Source: Kineococcus radiotolerans SRS30216 = ATCC BAA-149 (GTDB taxonomy: Bacteria; Actinomycetota; Actinomycetes; Actinomycetales; Kineococcaceae). Taken from it: 32,000 nt of DNA. Shown here piece after piece: positions 11,920 through 20,877 of this stretch (positions are counted from its first letter, which is position 1; each line of letters begins with the position of its first letter). Below the pieces are notes generated by a model. The model saw only the letters and a program-made list of their open reading frames with translations, did no database searches and was not told the origin of the DNA. The translations under genes were made by a program, and so were the position numbers. The stretch covers positions 4,080,001 through 4,112,000 of the forward strand of contig NC_009664.2 of assembly GCF_000017305.1 (NCBI RefSeq), in the 5' to 3' direction.

Positions 11920-14013
11920 TCACTGCAGACCGGCGAGGGATTCCTTGGCCGCGGTGACGACCGCGGTGTCGGTCATGCCGAACTCGCGGTAGAGGTCCTG
12001 GTAGTCGGCCGAGGCGCCGAAGTGCTCGATGCCCACGACGCGCCCGGCGTCGCCGGTCAGGTCGTGCCAGCCCTGGGCGATGCCGGCCTCGACGGCCACG
12101 CGCGCCTTCACCCCGGGGATGAGGACGGTGTCGCGGTAGGACTGCGGCTGGGCGTCGAACCACTCGCGGCACGGCATGGAGACGACGCGGGTGGGGATGC
12201 CCTCGGCCTCGAGCTTCTCGCGGGCGGCCACGGCGATCTGCACCTCGGACCCGGTGCCGATGAGGATGACCTCCGGGTTGGCGGTGGAGGCCTCGACGAG
12301 GACGTAGGCGCCCTTGGCGACGCCGTCGGCCGCGCCCCAGCCCGGCTGGGAGCGGTCGAAGGTCGGCAGGTCCTGGCGGGAGAGGGCCAGGCCGGCGGGC
12401 CGGTCGGTCGTCTCCAGGATCGTCTTCCACGCCCACGCGGTCTCGTTGGCGTCGCCGGGGCGCACCACGTCGAAGCCGGGGATGGCGCGCAGCGAGGCGA
12501 GGTGCTCGATCGGCTGGTGGGTCGGGCCGTCCTCGCCCAGGCCGATGGAGTCGTGGGTCCACACGTAGGTCACCGGCAGCCGCATGATCGAGGCCAGGCG
12601 CACCGCGGGACGCATGTAGTCGCTGAAGACGAGGAACGTGCCGCCGTAGGGGCGGGTCCCGCCGTGCAGCGCGATGCCGTTGAGGATCGAGCCCATCGCG
12701 TGCTCGCGGATGCCGAAGTGCAGCACGCGGCCGTAGACGTTGCCGTCCCAGGTCTTCGTGGTGCGGCTCGGCGGCAGGAAGGACGGCTCGCCCTTCAGCG
12801 AGGTGAGGTTGGACTCGGCCAGGTCGGCCGAACCGCCCCACAGCTCCGGCAGGGAGGAGGCGATGGCGTTGAGGACCTGACCGGAGGCCTTGCGCGAGGC
12901 CATGGCCTTGCCGGGCTCGAAGACCGGCAGCGACTGCTCCCAGCCGGCGGGCAGGGTGCGGGTGCGCATGCGGTCGAAGAGCTCCGCGCGCTCGCCGGCG
13001 CCCTCGCGCCAGGCGTCGAACTCGCGCTGCCAGGCCTCGTGGGCCGTCTTGCCGCGCTCGCGGACCTGGCGGGCGAAGCCGATGACCTCGTCGGAGACCT
13101 CGAAGGTCTTCTCGGGGTCGAAGCCGAGGACCTCCTTGGTGGCCTTGACCTCGGCCTCGCCCAGGGCGGAGCCGTGCGACTTGCCGGTGTTCTGCAGGTT
13201 CGGCGCGGGGTAGGCGATGATCGTGCGCAGCACGATGATCGAGGGCTTGCCCGTCTCGGCCTTGGCCGCCTCGATCGCGGCGTGCAGGCCGGCGAGGTCC
13301 TCGGTGTAGGGGCCCTCGCCGCCGTTGGTCCAGTCGATGGTCTGGACGTGCCAGCCGTAGGACTCGTAGCGCTTGCCGGTGTCCTCGCCCAGGGCGATCG
13401 CGGTGTCGTCCTCGATGGAGATGTGGTTCTGGTCGTAGATGACGACCAGGTTGCCCAGCTCCTGGACCCCGGCGATGGCGGAGGCCTCGGAGGTCACGCC
13501 CTCCTCGATGTCGCCGTCGGAGCACAGCACGTAGACGTGGTGGTCGAACGGGCTGGTGCCCGGGGCGGCCTCGGGGTCGAACAGACCGCGCTCGCGGCGG
13601 GCGGCCATGGCCATGCCGACCGCGGAGGACAGCCCCTGGCCCAGTGGGCCGGTGGTCATCTCGACGCCGGCGGTGTGCCCGTGCTCGGGGTGGCCGGGGG
13701 TCTTCGAACCCCACTTGCGCAGCGCCTTGAGGTCGTCGAGCTCCAGGCCGTAGCCGGACAGGTAGAGCTGGTTGTACAGCGTCAGGCTGGAGTGCCCGCA
13801 GGACAGCACGAACCGGTCGCGACCGACCCAGTCCGGGTCGGCGGGGTCGTGCCGCAGGACCTTCTGGAACAGCAGGGTGGCCACCGGGGCGAGGCTCATG
13901 GCCGTACCCGGGTGACCGTTGCCGGCGCGCTGCACCGCGTCCATCGCGAGGACGCGGGCGGTGTCGACCGTCCTCTGGTCCAAGTCGCTCCACTCGAGGC
14001 TGGGCTGGCTCAC
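11920..14013 (-). CDS. tkt: Transketolase
   Basis: 697 aa with '[10 protein letters not shown]', '[10 protein letters not shown]', the TPP motif '[10 protein letters not shown]' and '[15 protein letters not shown]'. GTG at 14013 has strong SD GGGAGGAG. Confidence 0.97.
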   Translation of the reverse strand: MSQPSLEWSDLDQRTVDTARVLAMDAVQRAGNGHPGTAMSLAPVATLLFQKVLRHDPADPDWVGRDRFVLSCGHSSLTLYNQLYLSGYGLELDDLKALRKWGSKTPGHPEHGHTAGVEMTTGPLGQGLSSAVGMAMAARRERGLFDPEAAPGTSPFDHHVYVLCSDGDIEEGVTSEASAIAGVQELGNLVVIYDQNHISIEDDTAIALGEDTGKRYESYGWHVQTIDWTNGGEGPYTEDLAGLHAAIEAAKAETGKPSIIVLRTIIAYPAPNLQNTGKSHGSALGEAEVKATKEVLGFDPEKTFEVSDEVIGFARQVRERGKTAHEAWQREFDAWREGAGERAELFDRMRTRTLPAGWEQSLPVFEPGKAMASRKASGQVLNAIASSLPELWGGSADLAESNLTSLKGEPSFLPPSRTTKTWDGNVYGRVLHFGIREHAMGSILNGIALHGGTRPYGGTFLVFSDYMRPAVRLASIMRLPVTYVWTHDSIGLGEDGPTHQPIEHLASLRAIPGFDVVRPGDANETAWAWKTILETTDRPAGLALSRQDLPTFDRSQPGWGAADGVAKGAYVLVEASTANPEVILIGTGSEVQIAVAAREKLEAEGIPTRVVSMPCREWFDAQPQSYRDTVLIPGVKARVAVEAGIAQGWHDLTGDAGRVVGIEHFGASADYQDLYREFGMTDTAVVTAAKESLAGLQ

Positions 14014-14281
14014 GTGTCTCCTCCCGTGCGAACCAGCTGACCGACCAGCGCCGGGGTGGCGGTGGGGGACCGGCCGTGGTCCGCTCTCTGTCTCCGTCGT
14101 GCGTCGTGACCGCCATGCGGCCCGACGTCCCGAGGCGTCTCGTCGTCGTCGGATCCGCCGCCGAGCCCACCGCGTGACGCGGTGTGTGACGGATCACTGC
14201 GGTCGAGCCTACTCGCAGGGTGCGGAGCCGCAGTTCCTGAGGGTGGCGCGCGCCCGCGTACGACACTGCGTAGCAGCGGCG

Positions 14282-14287
14282 TAAGCT
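14282..14287 (+). promoter_or_regulatory. Candidate ctaB -10 hexamer TAAGCT (leadered; SD GAGGA at 14315-14319)
   Basis: TANNNT match 37 nt upstream of the ctaB GTG. It overlaps the third of three GCGTA repeats. Confidence 0.3.
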
Positions 14288-14323
14288 CGTACCTGCCCGT
14301 CGTCACCTCGCCCTGAGGACACT

Positions 14324-15343
14324 GTGACCGTCGCCGACCCGCGTCTGACCGACGCCCCCGCGCACTCCCGGACCAGCCTGCTGGGCCGACGACGCGGAGG
14401 GCGTCCTCCGCGCTTCCCCCGGGCGGCCGCCTACGTCGCGCTCACCAAGCCGCGCATCGTCGAGCTGCTGCTCATCACCACCATCCCGGTCATGCTCTTC
14501 GCCGCCGGCGGGCTGCCCTCCGGGTGGCTCATCCTCACGACCTTCGTCGGGGGGGCGCTGGCCGCGGGCTGCGCCAACACCTTGAACTGCTACTTCGACC
14601 GCGACATCGACGCGCTGATGAAGCGCACCGAGAACCGCCCGCTGGTCACCGGGGAGGTCTCCCCGCGCCAGGCGCTGGTCTTCGCGACCGTCCTGGGGAT
14701 CGCCTCCACGGCGATCTTCGTGGCGTTCGTCAACGTCCTCTCGGCGGCCCTGGCCCTCGGCGCGATCCTGCTCTACGTCGTGGGCTACACGCTGCTGCTC
14801 AAGCGGCGGACGTCCCAGAACATCGTCTGGGGCGGGGTGGCCGGCTGCATGCAGGTCCTCATCGGCTGGACCGCCGTGCGCGACTCGCTGGACTGGGCGC
14901 CGTTCGTGCTCTTCGGGGTGATCTTCCTCTGGACCCCGCCGCACTACTGGCCGCTGTCGGTGCGCTACCGCGAGGACTACGCCAACGCGGGGGTGCCGAT
15001 GCTCCCCGTCGTGGCCAAGCCCACGACGGTGTCGCGCCAGATCGTCCTCTACACGATCGCGATGGTCCTCTGCTCGCTGCTGCTGGTCCCCCTCGGCGGC
15101 GCCGGGGTGGTCTACGGCGCCGCGGCGCTGGTCCTCGGGATCGGGTTCCTGGTGCAGACGATCGGGTTGCACCGCCGGGCCACGCGCTTCGAGGTCGAGA
15201 CCGGCGGGCGCGACGCCGGGACGCTGGAGCAGCTCAAGCGGATCTCCCCCATGGGGGTCTTCCACGGCTCCATCACGTACCTGACGCTGCTGTCCGCCGC
15301 CGTGGCGGTGGACCCGTTCGTGCGGGTGGGCTGGCCGTTCTGA
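14324..15343 (+). CDS. ctaB: Protoheme IX farnesyltransferase (heme O synthase)
   Basis: 339 aa polytopic membrane protein with the UbiA-family motif '[19 protein letters not shown]' and 'WTPPHYW'. It sits divergent from tkt, as in other actinobacteria. Confidence 0.93.
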   Translation: MTVADPRLTDAPAHSRTSLLGRRRGGRPPRFPRAAAYVALTKPRIVELLLITTIPVMLFAAGGLPSGWLILTTFVGGALAAGCANTLNCYFDRDIDALMKRTENRPLVTGEVSPRQALVFATVLGIASTAIFVAFVNVLSAALALGAILLYVVGYTLLLKRRTSQNIVWGGVAGCMQVLIGWTAVRDSLDWAPFVLFGVIFLWTPPHYWPLSVRYREDYANAGVPMLPVVAKPTTVSRQIVLYTIAMVLCSLLLVPLGGAGVVYGAAALVLGIGFLVQTIGLHRRATRFEVETGGRDAGTLEQLKRISPMGVFHGSITYLTLLSAAVAVDPFVRVGWPF

Positions 15344-15346
15344 GCT

Positions 15347-15370
15347 CCGCCCGGGTTCACGCCCGGGCGG
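15347..15370 (+). terminator. Hairpin immediately after the ctaB stop (9-bp stem CCGCCCGGG/CCCGGGCGG)
   Basis: Read directly; loop TTCACG; begins 4 nt after the TGA. Confidence 0.5.
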
Positions 15371-15372
15371 TT

Positions 15373-15416
15373 GCGGGAAGCCGTCGTCGGACACTGCGTC
15401 CGCGGCGGCTTCCCGC
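15373..15416. terminator. Composite long hairpin in the ctaB/ABC convergent spacer
   Basis: Outer stem GCGGGAAGCCG (15373-15383) pairs with CGGCTTCCCGC (15406-15416). Inner stem is CGGAC/GTCCG. Confidence 0.4.
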
Positions 15417-15487
15417 GTTCCCGGCCCGGGTGCGTCGGCCACGGGCTCCGGGGACGTCCGACGACGCCCTCCCGGGCCCGCCCCCGA

Positions 15488-15516
15488 CCTCACCCCGCGT
15501 CCTCGACGCGGTGAGG
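15488..15516 (-). terminator. Hairpin downstream of the ABC-2 permease gene
   Basis: CCTCACC(CC)GCGTC pairs with GACGCGGTGAGG: 12 bp with a 2-nt bulge and a 3-nt loop. It lies 12 nt beyond the permease stop on the minus strand. Confidence 0.5.
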
Positions 15517-15527
15517 ACCGGGGTGGC

Positions 15528-16319
15528 TCAGTCCCAGCGGAACCAGCGGGCGCAGGCCAGGCCCGCGGCCACGGCCCAGGCGGCGAGCACGAGCAGCGGG
15601 ACGACGGCGACGGTGCCGGTGGCCAGGGCCTCGCGCACGGCGGTCCCCAGCGCTCCGGAGGGCAGGACGTCGGCGACGACGCCCAGGGGGGAGGGCAGCA
15701 CGAGCCCGCCGCCGGCGAGCAGCAGGACCCAGACGAAGTTGGCCACGGCGAGGGTGCCCTCGGCGCGCACGGTGCCGGCCAGCAGCAGGCCCAGGGACGT
15801 GAACGCCGCCACGCCCAGCAGGACGGCGGGCAGCGCCGCCAGCAGGGTCGCGGCGTCGGGGGACCAGCCCAGGAACAGCGCGATCGCCCCGAGCAGGACG
15901 ACCTGCACGACGACGACGGCCAGCACCGAGAGGACCTTGCCCACGAGCAGGCCCGAGCGGGCCAGCGGGCTGGTGGCCAGCAGGCGCAGGACGCCGTTGC
16001 GGCGGTCGAACCCGGTGCCGATGGCCTGCCCGGTGAAGGCGGTGGAGACCACGGCCAGGGCCACGACCCCGCCCAGGGCGAGCGCGGGGCGGTTCCCGGG
16101 ACCCAGGTCCAGGGAGGTCACGCGGGTGACCCCGACGAGCACCAGGGCGGGCAGCAGCACGGTCAGCAGCAGCTGCTCGCCGTTGCGCAGGGCCACCCGC
16201 GTCTCGAAGCCGGCCTGGCGCAGCACCCGCCGCGCCCAGGGCGTCGCGGTGCCGGCGGGGGTGAAGTCCAGCGCGCGCGGGGTCCCCGCCGGGCTCGGGG
16301 CGGGGGGTGTGCTCGTCAT
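15528..16319 (-). CDS. ABC-2 type transporter permease
   Basis: 263 aa from the ATG at 16319, which overlaps the ATPase stop (ATGA). About six hydrophobic helices. The composition and pairing with an upstream ABC ATPase are typical of ABC-2 exporters. The rest of the 622-aa track ORF is a frame artefact. Confidence 0.8.
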   Translation of the reverse strand: MTSTPPAPSPAGTPRALDFTPAGTATPWARRVLRQAGFETRVALRNGEQLLLTVLLPALVLVGVTRVTSLDLGPGNRPALALGGVVALAVVSTAFTGQAIGTGFDRRNGVLRLLATSPLARSGLLVGKVLSVLAVVVVQVVLLGAIALFLGWSPDAATLLAALPAVLLGVAAFTSLGLLLAGTVRAEGTLAVANFVWVLLLAGGGLVLPSPLGVVADVLPSGALGTAVREALATGTVAVVPLLVLAAWAVAAGLACARWFRWD

Positions 16320-17278
16320 CGCAGGGTCCTCCCGGTCAGGTCGAGGAAGACGTCCTCGAGCGTGCGGCGCACCGGCCCGACGCCCTCGGCGAGGACGTCG
16401 TGGGAGGCGCACCAGTTGGTGACGGTGGCCACCACGCGCGGGTCCACCTCGATGCCGCTGACCAGGTAGCGCCCGGGTTCGGCCTCGGCGACCTCGGCGC
16501 CCACCGGCAGCGCCCGGGCCAGGGACCGCGTGTCCAGGGCCGGGCGGGAGCGGAAGGTCAGCGACGCCGGGCCGCGGGTGAGCGCGTCGGGGGAGCCGGT
16601 GGCCACGACGCGGCCGTGGTCGACGACGACGACCTCGTCGGCGAGGCGCTCGGCCTCCTCCATGAGGTGGGTCGTGAGGACGACGGCGACCCCGGCGGCG
16701 CGGACCTCGCGCACGACGTCCCACACCGCCAGCCGCGCCTGCGGGTCCAGCCCGGCGCTGGGCTCGTCGAGGAACACCAGCTCCGGGCGCCCGACCAGCG
16801 CGCAGGCCGTGGCCAGGCGCTGGCGCTGGCCACCGGAGAGGCGGCGGACCCGGGTGCGGGCGAAGGAGGTCAGCCCGAGGCGCTCGGCCAGCGCGTCGAC
16901 GTTGAGGGGGTGGGTGTGCAGGCCGGCGAGGTGGCGCAGCGCCTCCAGCGCGCCGACCCCGCTGGGCAGGCCGCCGTCCTGCAGCATCACCCCGACCCGG
17001 GGCCGCAGCCGGGCCGCGTCGGCCACGGGGTCCAGGCCCAGCACGCGCACGGTGCCGGAGTCCGGGCGCCGCAGCCCCTCGCAGATCCCGACGGTCGTGG
17101 TCTTGCCGGCTCCGTTGGGGCCCAGCAGCGCGGTCACCCGCCCGCGCTCGGCCCGGAAGGACAACCCGTCGAGCACGGTGGGACCGCCGCCGTAGGCCTT
17201 GCGCAGGTCCGTCACCTCGACGGCCGCGTCGGTGCGGACGCCGGGCAGGGCCGCGGGTGAGGGGGAGCCGATCGCCAC
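16316..17278 (-). CDS. ABC transporter ATP-binding protein (ABC-2/DrrA-like exporter ATPase)
   Basis: Walker A 'GPNGAGKTT', signature 'LSGGQRQR' and Walker B 'LVFLDEPSAGLD'. I chose the GTG at 17278 (320 aa) because TAGACT lies 8 nt upstream. The codons between 17278 and the longest-ORF start at 17320 include rare CTA CTA GTA. The start remains uncertain. Confidence 0.85.
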   Translation of the reverse strand: MAIGSPSPAALPGVRTDAAVEVTDLRKAYGGGPTVLDGLSFRAERGRVTALLGPNGAGKTTTVGICEGLRRPDSGTVRVLGLDPVADAARLRPRVGVMLQDGGLPSGVGALEALRHLAGLHTHPLNVDALAERLGLTSFARTRVRRLSGGQRQRLATACALVGRPELVFLDEPSAGLDPQARLAVWDVVREVRAAGVAVVLTTHLMEEAERLADEVVVVDHGRVVATGSPDALTRGPASLTFRSRPALDTRSLARALPVGAEVAEAEPGRYLVSGIEVDPRVVATVTNWCASHDVLAEGVGPVRRTLEDVFLDLTGRTLR

Positions 17279-17286
17279 GAGGGTCG

Positions 17287-17292
17287 AGTCTA
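17287..17292 (-). promoter_or_regulatory. -10 hexamer TAGACT 8 nt upstream of the ABC ATPase GTG 17278 (candidate leaderless promoter)
   Basis: The minus strand reads TAGACT-CGACCCTC-GTG, with no SD. Confidence 0.4.
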
Positions 17293-17336
17293 CGAGCCCG
17301 GGTAGTAGCCCCGGCACCACGCGCCCGCCCCGCGGC

Positions 17337-17382
17337 GGGGGGACGGGACCGGGTGGGCGGGATCACGTCGGGGGCGGGTGGG
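17337..17382 (+). other. G-quadruplex-prone tract: eight G3+ runs in 46 nt
   Basis: G6-AC-G3-ACC-G3-T-G3-C-G3 (17337-17361), followed by G5-C-G3-T-G3 (17370-17382). It lies on the plus strand in the divergent ABC/sufR promoter region. Confidence 0.5.
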
Positions 17383-17401
17383 AACGCGAGCGGCAATTAG
17401 G

Positions 17402-17407
17402 TAACAT
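17402..17407 (+). promoter_or_regulatory. -10 hexamer TAACAT 7 nt upstream of GTG 17415 (candidate leaderless sufR/suf operon promoter)
   Basis: TAACAT-GGATGTT-GTG. It sits inside a locally AT-rich island of about 55% A+T over 40 nt. Confidence 0.4.
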
Positions 17408-17414
17408 GGATGTT
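17403..17414. promoter_or_regulatory. Inverted repeat AACAT-GG-ATGTT overlapping the suf -10 and predicted TSS (candidate SufR operator)
   Basis: 5-bp arms read directly from the sequence. The operator function is inference only. Confidence 0.3.
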
Positions 17415-18212
17415 GTGGAAATGGTGAGGCCACCCTTAGTCGGGGGCCCGACGAGCAGCCCGCCGGGTGGTGGCGCGGACGACGCGCGCACCCGGACGCG
17501 GGTGCGTTCCGCCGTCGCCGAGTTCGGTCCCGTCCACGCCACCCGCATCGCCGGGCTGCTCGGCCTCACCGTCGCCGCGGTCCGCCGCCACCTCGACGCC
17601 ATGGTCGCCGAGGGGGTGCTCGAGCTGCGCGAACCGAGCCCCGGGCAGCGCCGCGGCCGCGGCCGCCCCGCCAAGGAGTACGTGGTCGGCTCCGCCGGCC
17701 ACGACGCCCTGCCGGCCGGCTACGACGACCTCGCGCTCTCCGCCCTGGCCTACCTGGCCGAGGTGCAGGGCCCCGCGGCCGTCGAGGACTTCGCCCAGCG
17801 GCGCTTCGCCGCCCTGGAGCAGTCCCTCGCGGGGCTGCAGGGGTCCCCGGCCGAGCGGGTGCAGGCCCTGGTGGCGGCCCTCGCGGCGCAGGGGTACTCC
17901 GCCAGCGCCCGGCCCGCGGGCCGGGGAACAGCGATGGAGGGGCTCCAGTTGTGCCAGGGGCACTGCCCCGTGCAACGGGTGGCCGAGGCCTTCCCCCAGC
18001 TGTGCGAGGCCGAGCGGCGCACCTTCGAGCGCGTCCTCGGCACCCGGGTCCAGCGCCTGGCGACCCTCGCCCACGGCGACCACGTCTGCACCTCGTTCAT
18101 CCCGCTCGACCAGCTCGCCCCGCACCACCCCGATGACCAGCCCCACCCGCACGACCGCACCGTGGCCCCCGCCACGGGGGACCACACGCCGACGGAAGGA
18201 CGACGACTGTGA
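17415..18212 (+). CDS. sufR: Fe-S cluster biogenesis transcriptional regulator SufR (ArsR-type wHTH with C-terminal Cys cluster)
   Basis: wHTH '[29 protein letters not shown]' plus '[18 protein letters not shown]' (C-X3-C-X12-C), directly upstream of sufBDC and overlapping it (GTGA). The start is either the GTG at 17415, supported by the -10 spacing, or the ATG at 17406. The track ORF start at 17199 was rejected. Confidence 0.88.
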   Translation: MEMVRPPLVGGPTSSPPGGGADDARTRTRVRSAVAEFGPVHATRIAGLLGLTVAAVRRHLDAMVAEGVLELREPSPGQRRGRGRPAKEYVVGSAGHDALPAGYDDLALSALAYLAEVQGPAAVEDFAQRRFAALEQSLAGLQGSPAERVQALVAALAAQGYSASARPAGRGTAMEGLQLCQGHCPVQRVAEAFPQLCEAERRTFERVLGTRVQRLATLAHGDHVCTSFIPLDQLAPHHPDDQPHPHDRTVAPATGDHTPTEGRRL

Positions 18213-19645
18213 CCGACACCGTCTCCGACACCCAGACCACCGCGGGCCCGCCCGAGCTCGAGGGCATGGGCAAGTACCAGTACGGCTGGGCGGACTCCGA
18301 CCTCGCCGGCTCCACCGCCCGCCGCGGCCTGTCCGAGGAGGTCGTGCGCAACATCTCGGCGCTGAAGGACGAGCCCGAGTGGATGCTCGCCCTGCGCCTG
18401 AAGGCGCTGCGCCTCTTCGGGCGCAAGCCCATGCCGAACTGGGGCTCGGACCTCAGCGGCATCGACTTCGACAACATCAAGTACTTCGTGCGCTCCACGG
18501 AGAAGCAAGCCACGAGCTGGGACGAGCTGCCCGAGGACATCAAGGCGACCTACGACCGCCTGGGCATCCCCGAGGCCGAGAAGCAGCGCCTCATCGCCGG
18601 GGTCGCCGCCCAGTACGAGTCCGAGGTCGTCTACCACCAGATCCGCGAGGACCTGGAGGAGAAGGGCGTCATCTTCGTCGACACCGACACCGGTCTGCGC
18701 GAGCACGAGGAGCTCTTCAAGGAGTACTTCGGCACCGTCATCCCGGTCGGCGACAACAAGTTCGCCTCCCTCAACACCGCGGTGTGGTCCGGCGGCTCGT
18801 TCATCTACGTGCCCAAGGGCGTCCACGTGGACATCCCGCTGCAGGCCTACTTCCGGATCAACACCGAGAACATGGGCCAGTTCGAGCGGACGCTGATCAT
18901 CGCCGACGAGGGCTCCTACGTGCACTACGTCGAGGGCTGCACCGCGCCGATCTACCAGAGCGACTCGCTGCACTCCGCGGTCGTGGAGATCGTCGTGAAG
19001 AAGAACGCCCGCGTGCGCTACACGACCATCCAGAACTGGTCGAACAACGTGTACAACCTCGTCACCAAGCGCGCCACGGCCGCCGAGGGCGCGACGATGG
19101 AGTGGGTCGACGGCAACATCGGCTCCAAGGTCACGATGAAGTACCCGGCGATCTACCTCATGGGTGAGCACGCCAAGGGCGAGACGCTGTCCATCGCCAT
19201 GGCCGGCGAGGGCCAGCACCAGGACGCGGGCGCGAAGATGGTCCACGCCGCCCCGCACACCGCGAGCTCCATCGTCTCCAAGTCGATCGCCCGCGGTGGT
19301 GGCCGCACCTCCTACCGCGGCCTCATCCAGGTGCTCGAGGGGGCCCACCACTCGGCCTCGACGGTGCGCTGCGACGCGCTGCTGGTCGACACCATCTCCC
19401 GCTCGGACACCTACCCCTACAACGACATCCGCGAGGACGACGTCGTCATGGGGCACGAGGCCACGGTCTCGAAGGTCTCCGACGACCAGCTCTTCTACCT
19501 CATGAGCCGCGGCATGGCCGAGGACGAGGCCATGGCGATGATCGTGCGCGGGTTCATCGAGCCCGTCGCGCGGGAGCTGCCCATGGAGTACGCGCTGGAA
19601 CTGAACCGCCTGATCGAGCTGCAGATGGAAGGGGCCGTCGGCTGA
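18209..19645 (+). CDS. sufB: Fe-S cluster assembly scaffold protein SufB
   Basis: 478 aa with the highly conserved '[34 protein letters not shown]...EGCTAPIY'. The length shows no intein insertion. Confidence 0.97.
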   Translation: MTDTVSDTQTTAGPPELEGMGKYQYGWADSDLAGSTARRGLSEEVVRNISALKDEPEWMLALRLKALRLFGRKPMPNWGSDLSGIDFDNIKYFVRSTEKQATSWDELPEDIKATYDRLGIPEAEKQRLIAGVAAQYESEVVYHQIREDLEEKGVIFVDTDTGLREHEELFKEYFGTVIPVGDNKFASLNTAVWSGGSFIYVPKGVHVDIPLQAYFRINTENMGQFERTLIIADEGSYVHYVEGCTAPIYQSDSLHSAVVEIVVKKNARVRYTTIQNWSNNVYNLVTKRATAAEGATMEWVDGNIGSKVTMKYPAIYLMGEHAKGETLSIAMAGEGQHQDAGAKMVHAAPHTASSIVSKSIARGGGRTSYRGLIQVLEGAHHSASTVRCDALLVDTISRSDTYPYNDIREDDVVMGHEATVSKVSDDQLFYLMSRGMAEDEAMAMIVRGFIEPVARELPMEYALELNRLIELQMEGAVG

Positions 19646-20877
19646 TGACCGCCGTCGACGAGACGACCACCGACCCGGGCACCGACCCGACGACCACGAC
19701 GCCGGCGAACACGGCCCGGGCCCACAGCCACGGCGCCGGGATCGTCCCGGAGGCCAGCCGCGCCGAGCGGCTGACGTCCTTCGACGTCGCCGACTTCGCG
19801 GTGCCCACCGGCCGGGAGGAGGAGTGGAAGTTCTCGCCGCTGCGCGAGTTCGCCCCCCTCTTCGAGGTCGCCGAGGCCGGGGCCGGCAACTCGCCCGTCG
19901 TCGAGGTCAGCGGGCCCGACGTCGTCGAGCACCGCACCGGCACCCTCGCCGAGGTCGGCGCGGGCACCGCGTTCGTGCCCGGCGACCGGGTCGCCGCCGC
20001 CGGCTGGAGCTCCACCGGGGTCGCGCACCTGGTCCGCGTGCCCGCCGAGGCCGAGCTCGAGGCCCCCGTGCTGGTGACGGTCCGCGGGGAGGCCGGGCGC
20101 ACCACCTCCGGCCACCTCGTCGTCGAGACCGGCCACCACGCCAAGGCCCTCGTCGTGCTGTCCCACGTCGGCGGCGGCGCCCACCGCGGCAACGTCGAGG
20201 TGCGCGCCGGCGACGGGTCCGACCTCACGGTCGTCACCCTGCAGGAGTGGGACGCCGACGCCGTCCACGTCGGCCAGCACGACGTGCGGGTCGGGCGCGA
20301 CGCCCAGGTCCGCCACATCGGCGTCACCCTGGGCGGCAAGGCCGTCCGCGTCTCGGTGAACATCGGCTACGCCGCCCCCGGCGGCAGCGCGACCGCGCTC
20401 GGCGTCTACTTCGCCGGAGCCGGCCAGCACAGCGAGCACCGCCAGTTCGTCGACCACGAGGCCGTCAGCTGCAAGAGCTACGTCGAGTACAAGGGCGCGC
20501 TGCAGGGCGAGGGCGCGCACGCGGTGTGGATCGGCGACGTGCTCATCCGCGCCACCGCCGAGGGCACCGAGACCTACGAGCTGAACCGCAACCTCGTCCT
20601 CACCGACGGGGCGCGCGCGGACTCCGTGCCCAACCTCGAGATCGAGACCGGCGAGATCGTCGGCGCCGGTCACGCCTCGGCCACCGGCCGCTTCGACGAC
20701 GAGCAGCTGTTCTACCTGCAGTCGCGCGGCATCACCGAGGACGAGGCGCGCCGGCTGGTGGTGCGCGGCTTCTTCGCCAGCATCGTCGACAAGATCGGGA
20801 TCCCCGAGATCTCCCAGCGACTCATGACGACCATCGAGACCCAGCTCGCCCAGACCCCGCCTGCCGAGGAGAACTGA
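19645..20877 (+). CDS. sufD: Fe-S cluster assembly protein SufD
   Basis: 410 aa. The ATG overlaps the sufB stop (TGATG). The C-terminal beta-helix region 'NLVLTDGARADSVPNLEIETGEIVGAGHASATGRFDDEQLFYLQSRGI' is typical of SufD. Confidence 0.93.
   Translation: MTAVDETTTDPGTDPTTTTPANTARAHSHGAGIVPEASRAERLTSFDVADFAVPTGREEEWKFSPLREFAPLFEVAEAGAGNSPVVEVSGPDVVEHRTGTLAEVGAGTAFVPGDRVAAAGWSSTGVAHLVRVPAEAELEAPVLVTVRGEAGRTTSGHLVVETGHHAKALVVLSHVGGGAHRGNVEVRAGDGSDLTVVTLQEWDADAVHVGQHDVRVGRDAQVRHIGVTLGGKAVRVSVNIGYAAPGGSATALGVYFAGAGQHSEHRQFVDHEAVSCKSYVEYKGALQGEGAHAVWIGDVLIRATAEGTETYELNRNLVLTDGARADSVPNLEIETGEIVGAGHASATGRFDDEQLFYLQSRGITEDEARRLVVRGFFASIVDKIGIPEISQRLMTTIETQLAQTPPAEEN

Noticed and set aside
11665-14266. 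791-aa plus-strand and 814-aa minus-strand ORFs overlapping tkt
   Set aside because: Their composition is dominated by Arg/Gly/Pro/Ala. The tkt frame (11920..14013) has TPP and transketolase motifs throughout.
14010-14306. 98-aa minus-strand ORF in the tkt-ctaB spacer whose stop overlaps the tkt GTG (GTGA)
   Set aside because: The coupling-like overlap was tempting. However, third-position GC is only about 72% (26/36 codons checked), which is background level. It uses rare AGA/GGA/CGA codons and contains the tkt SD, so I judge it non-coding.
14524-16422. 632-aa plus-strand ORF spanning ctaB out of frame and the antisense strand of the ABC permease
   Set aside because: Shadow ORF crossing a hairpin-rich intergenic region, with no motifs.
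17199-17414. Upstream part of the 337-aa sufR ORF, and the 622-aa ORF 15528..17396
   Set aside because: This part runs through the G-rich divergent promoter region. SufR homology starts near 17470. The extension would place promoter elements inside the coding sequence.
18209-19645. Possible intein in SufB (as in M. tuberculosis)
   Set aside because: SufB here is 478 aa and reads as continuous conserved sequence, leaving no room for an intein.
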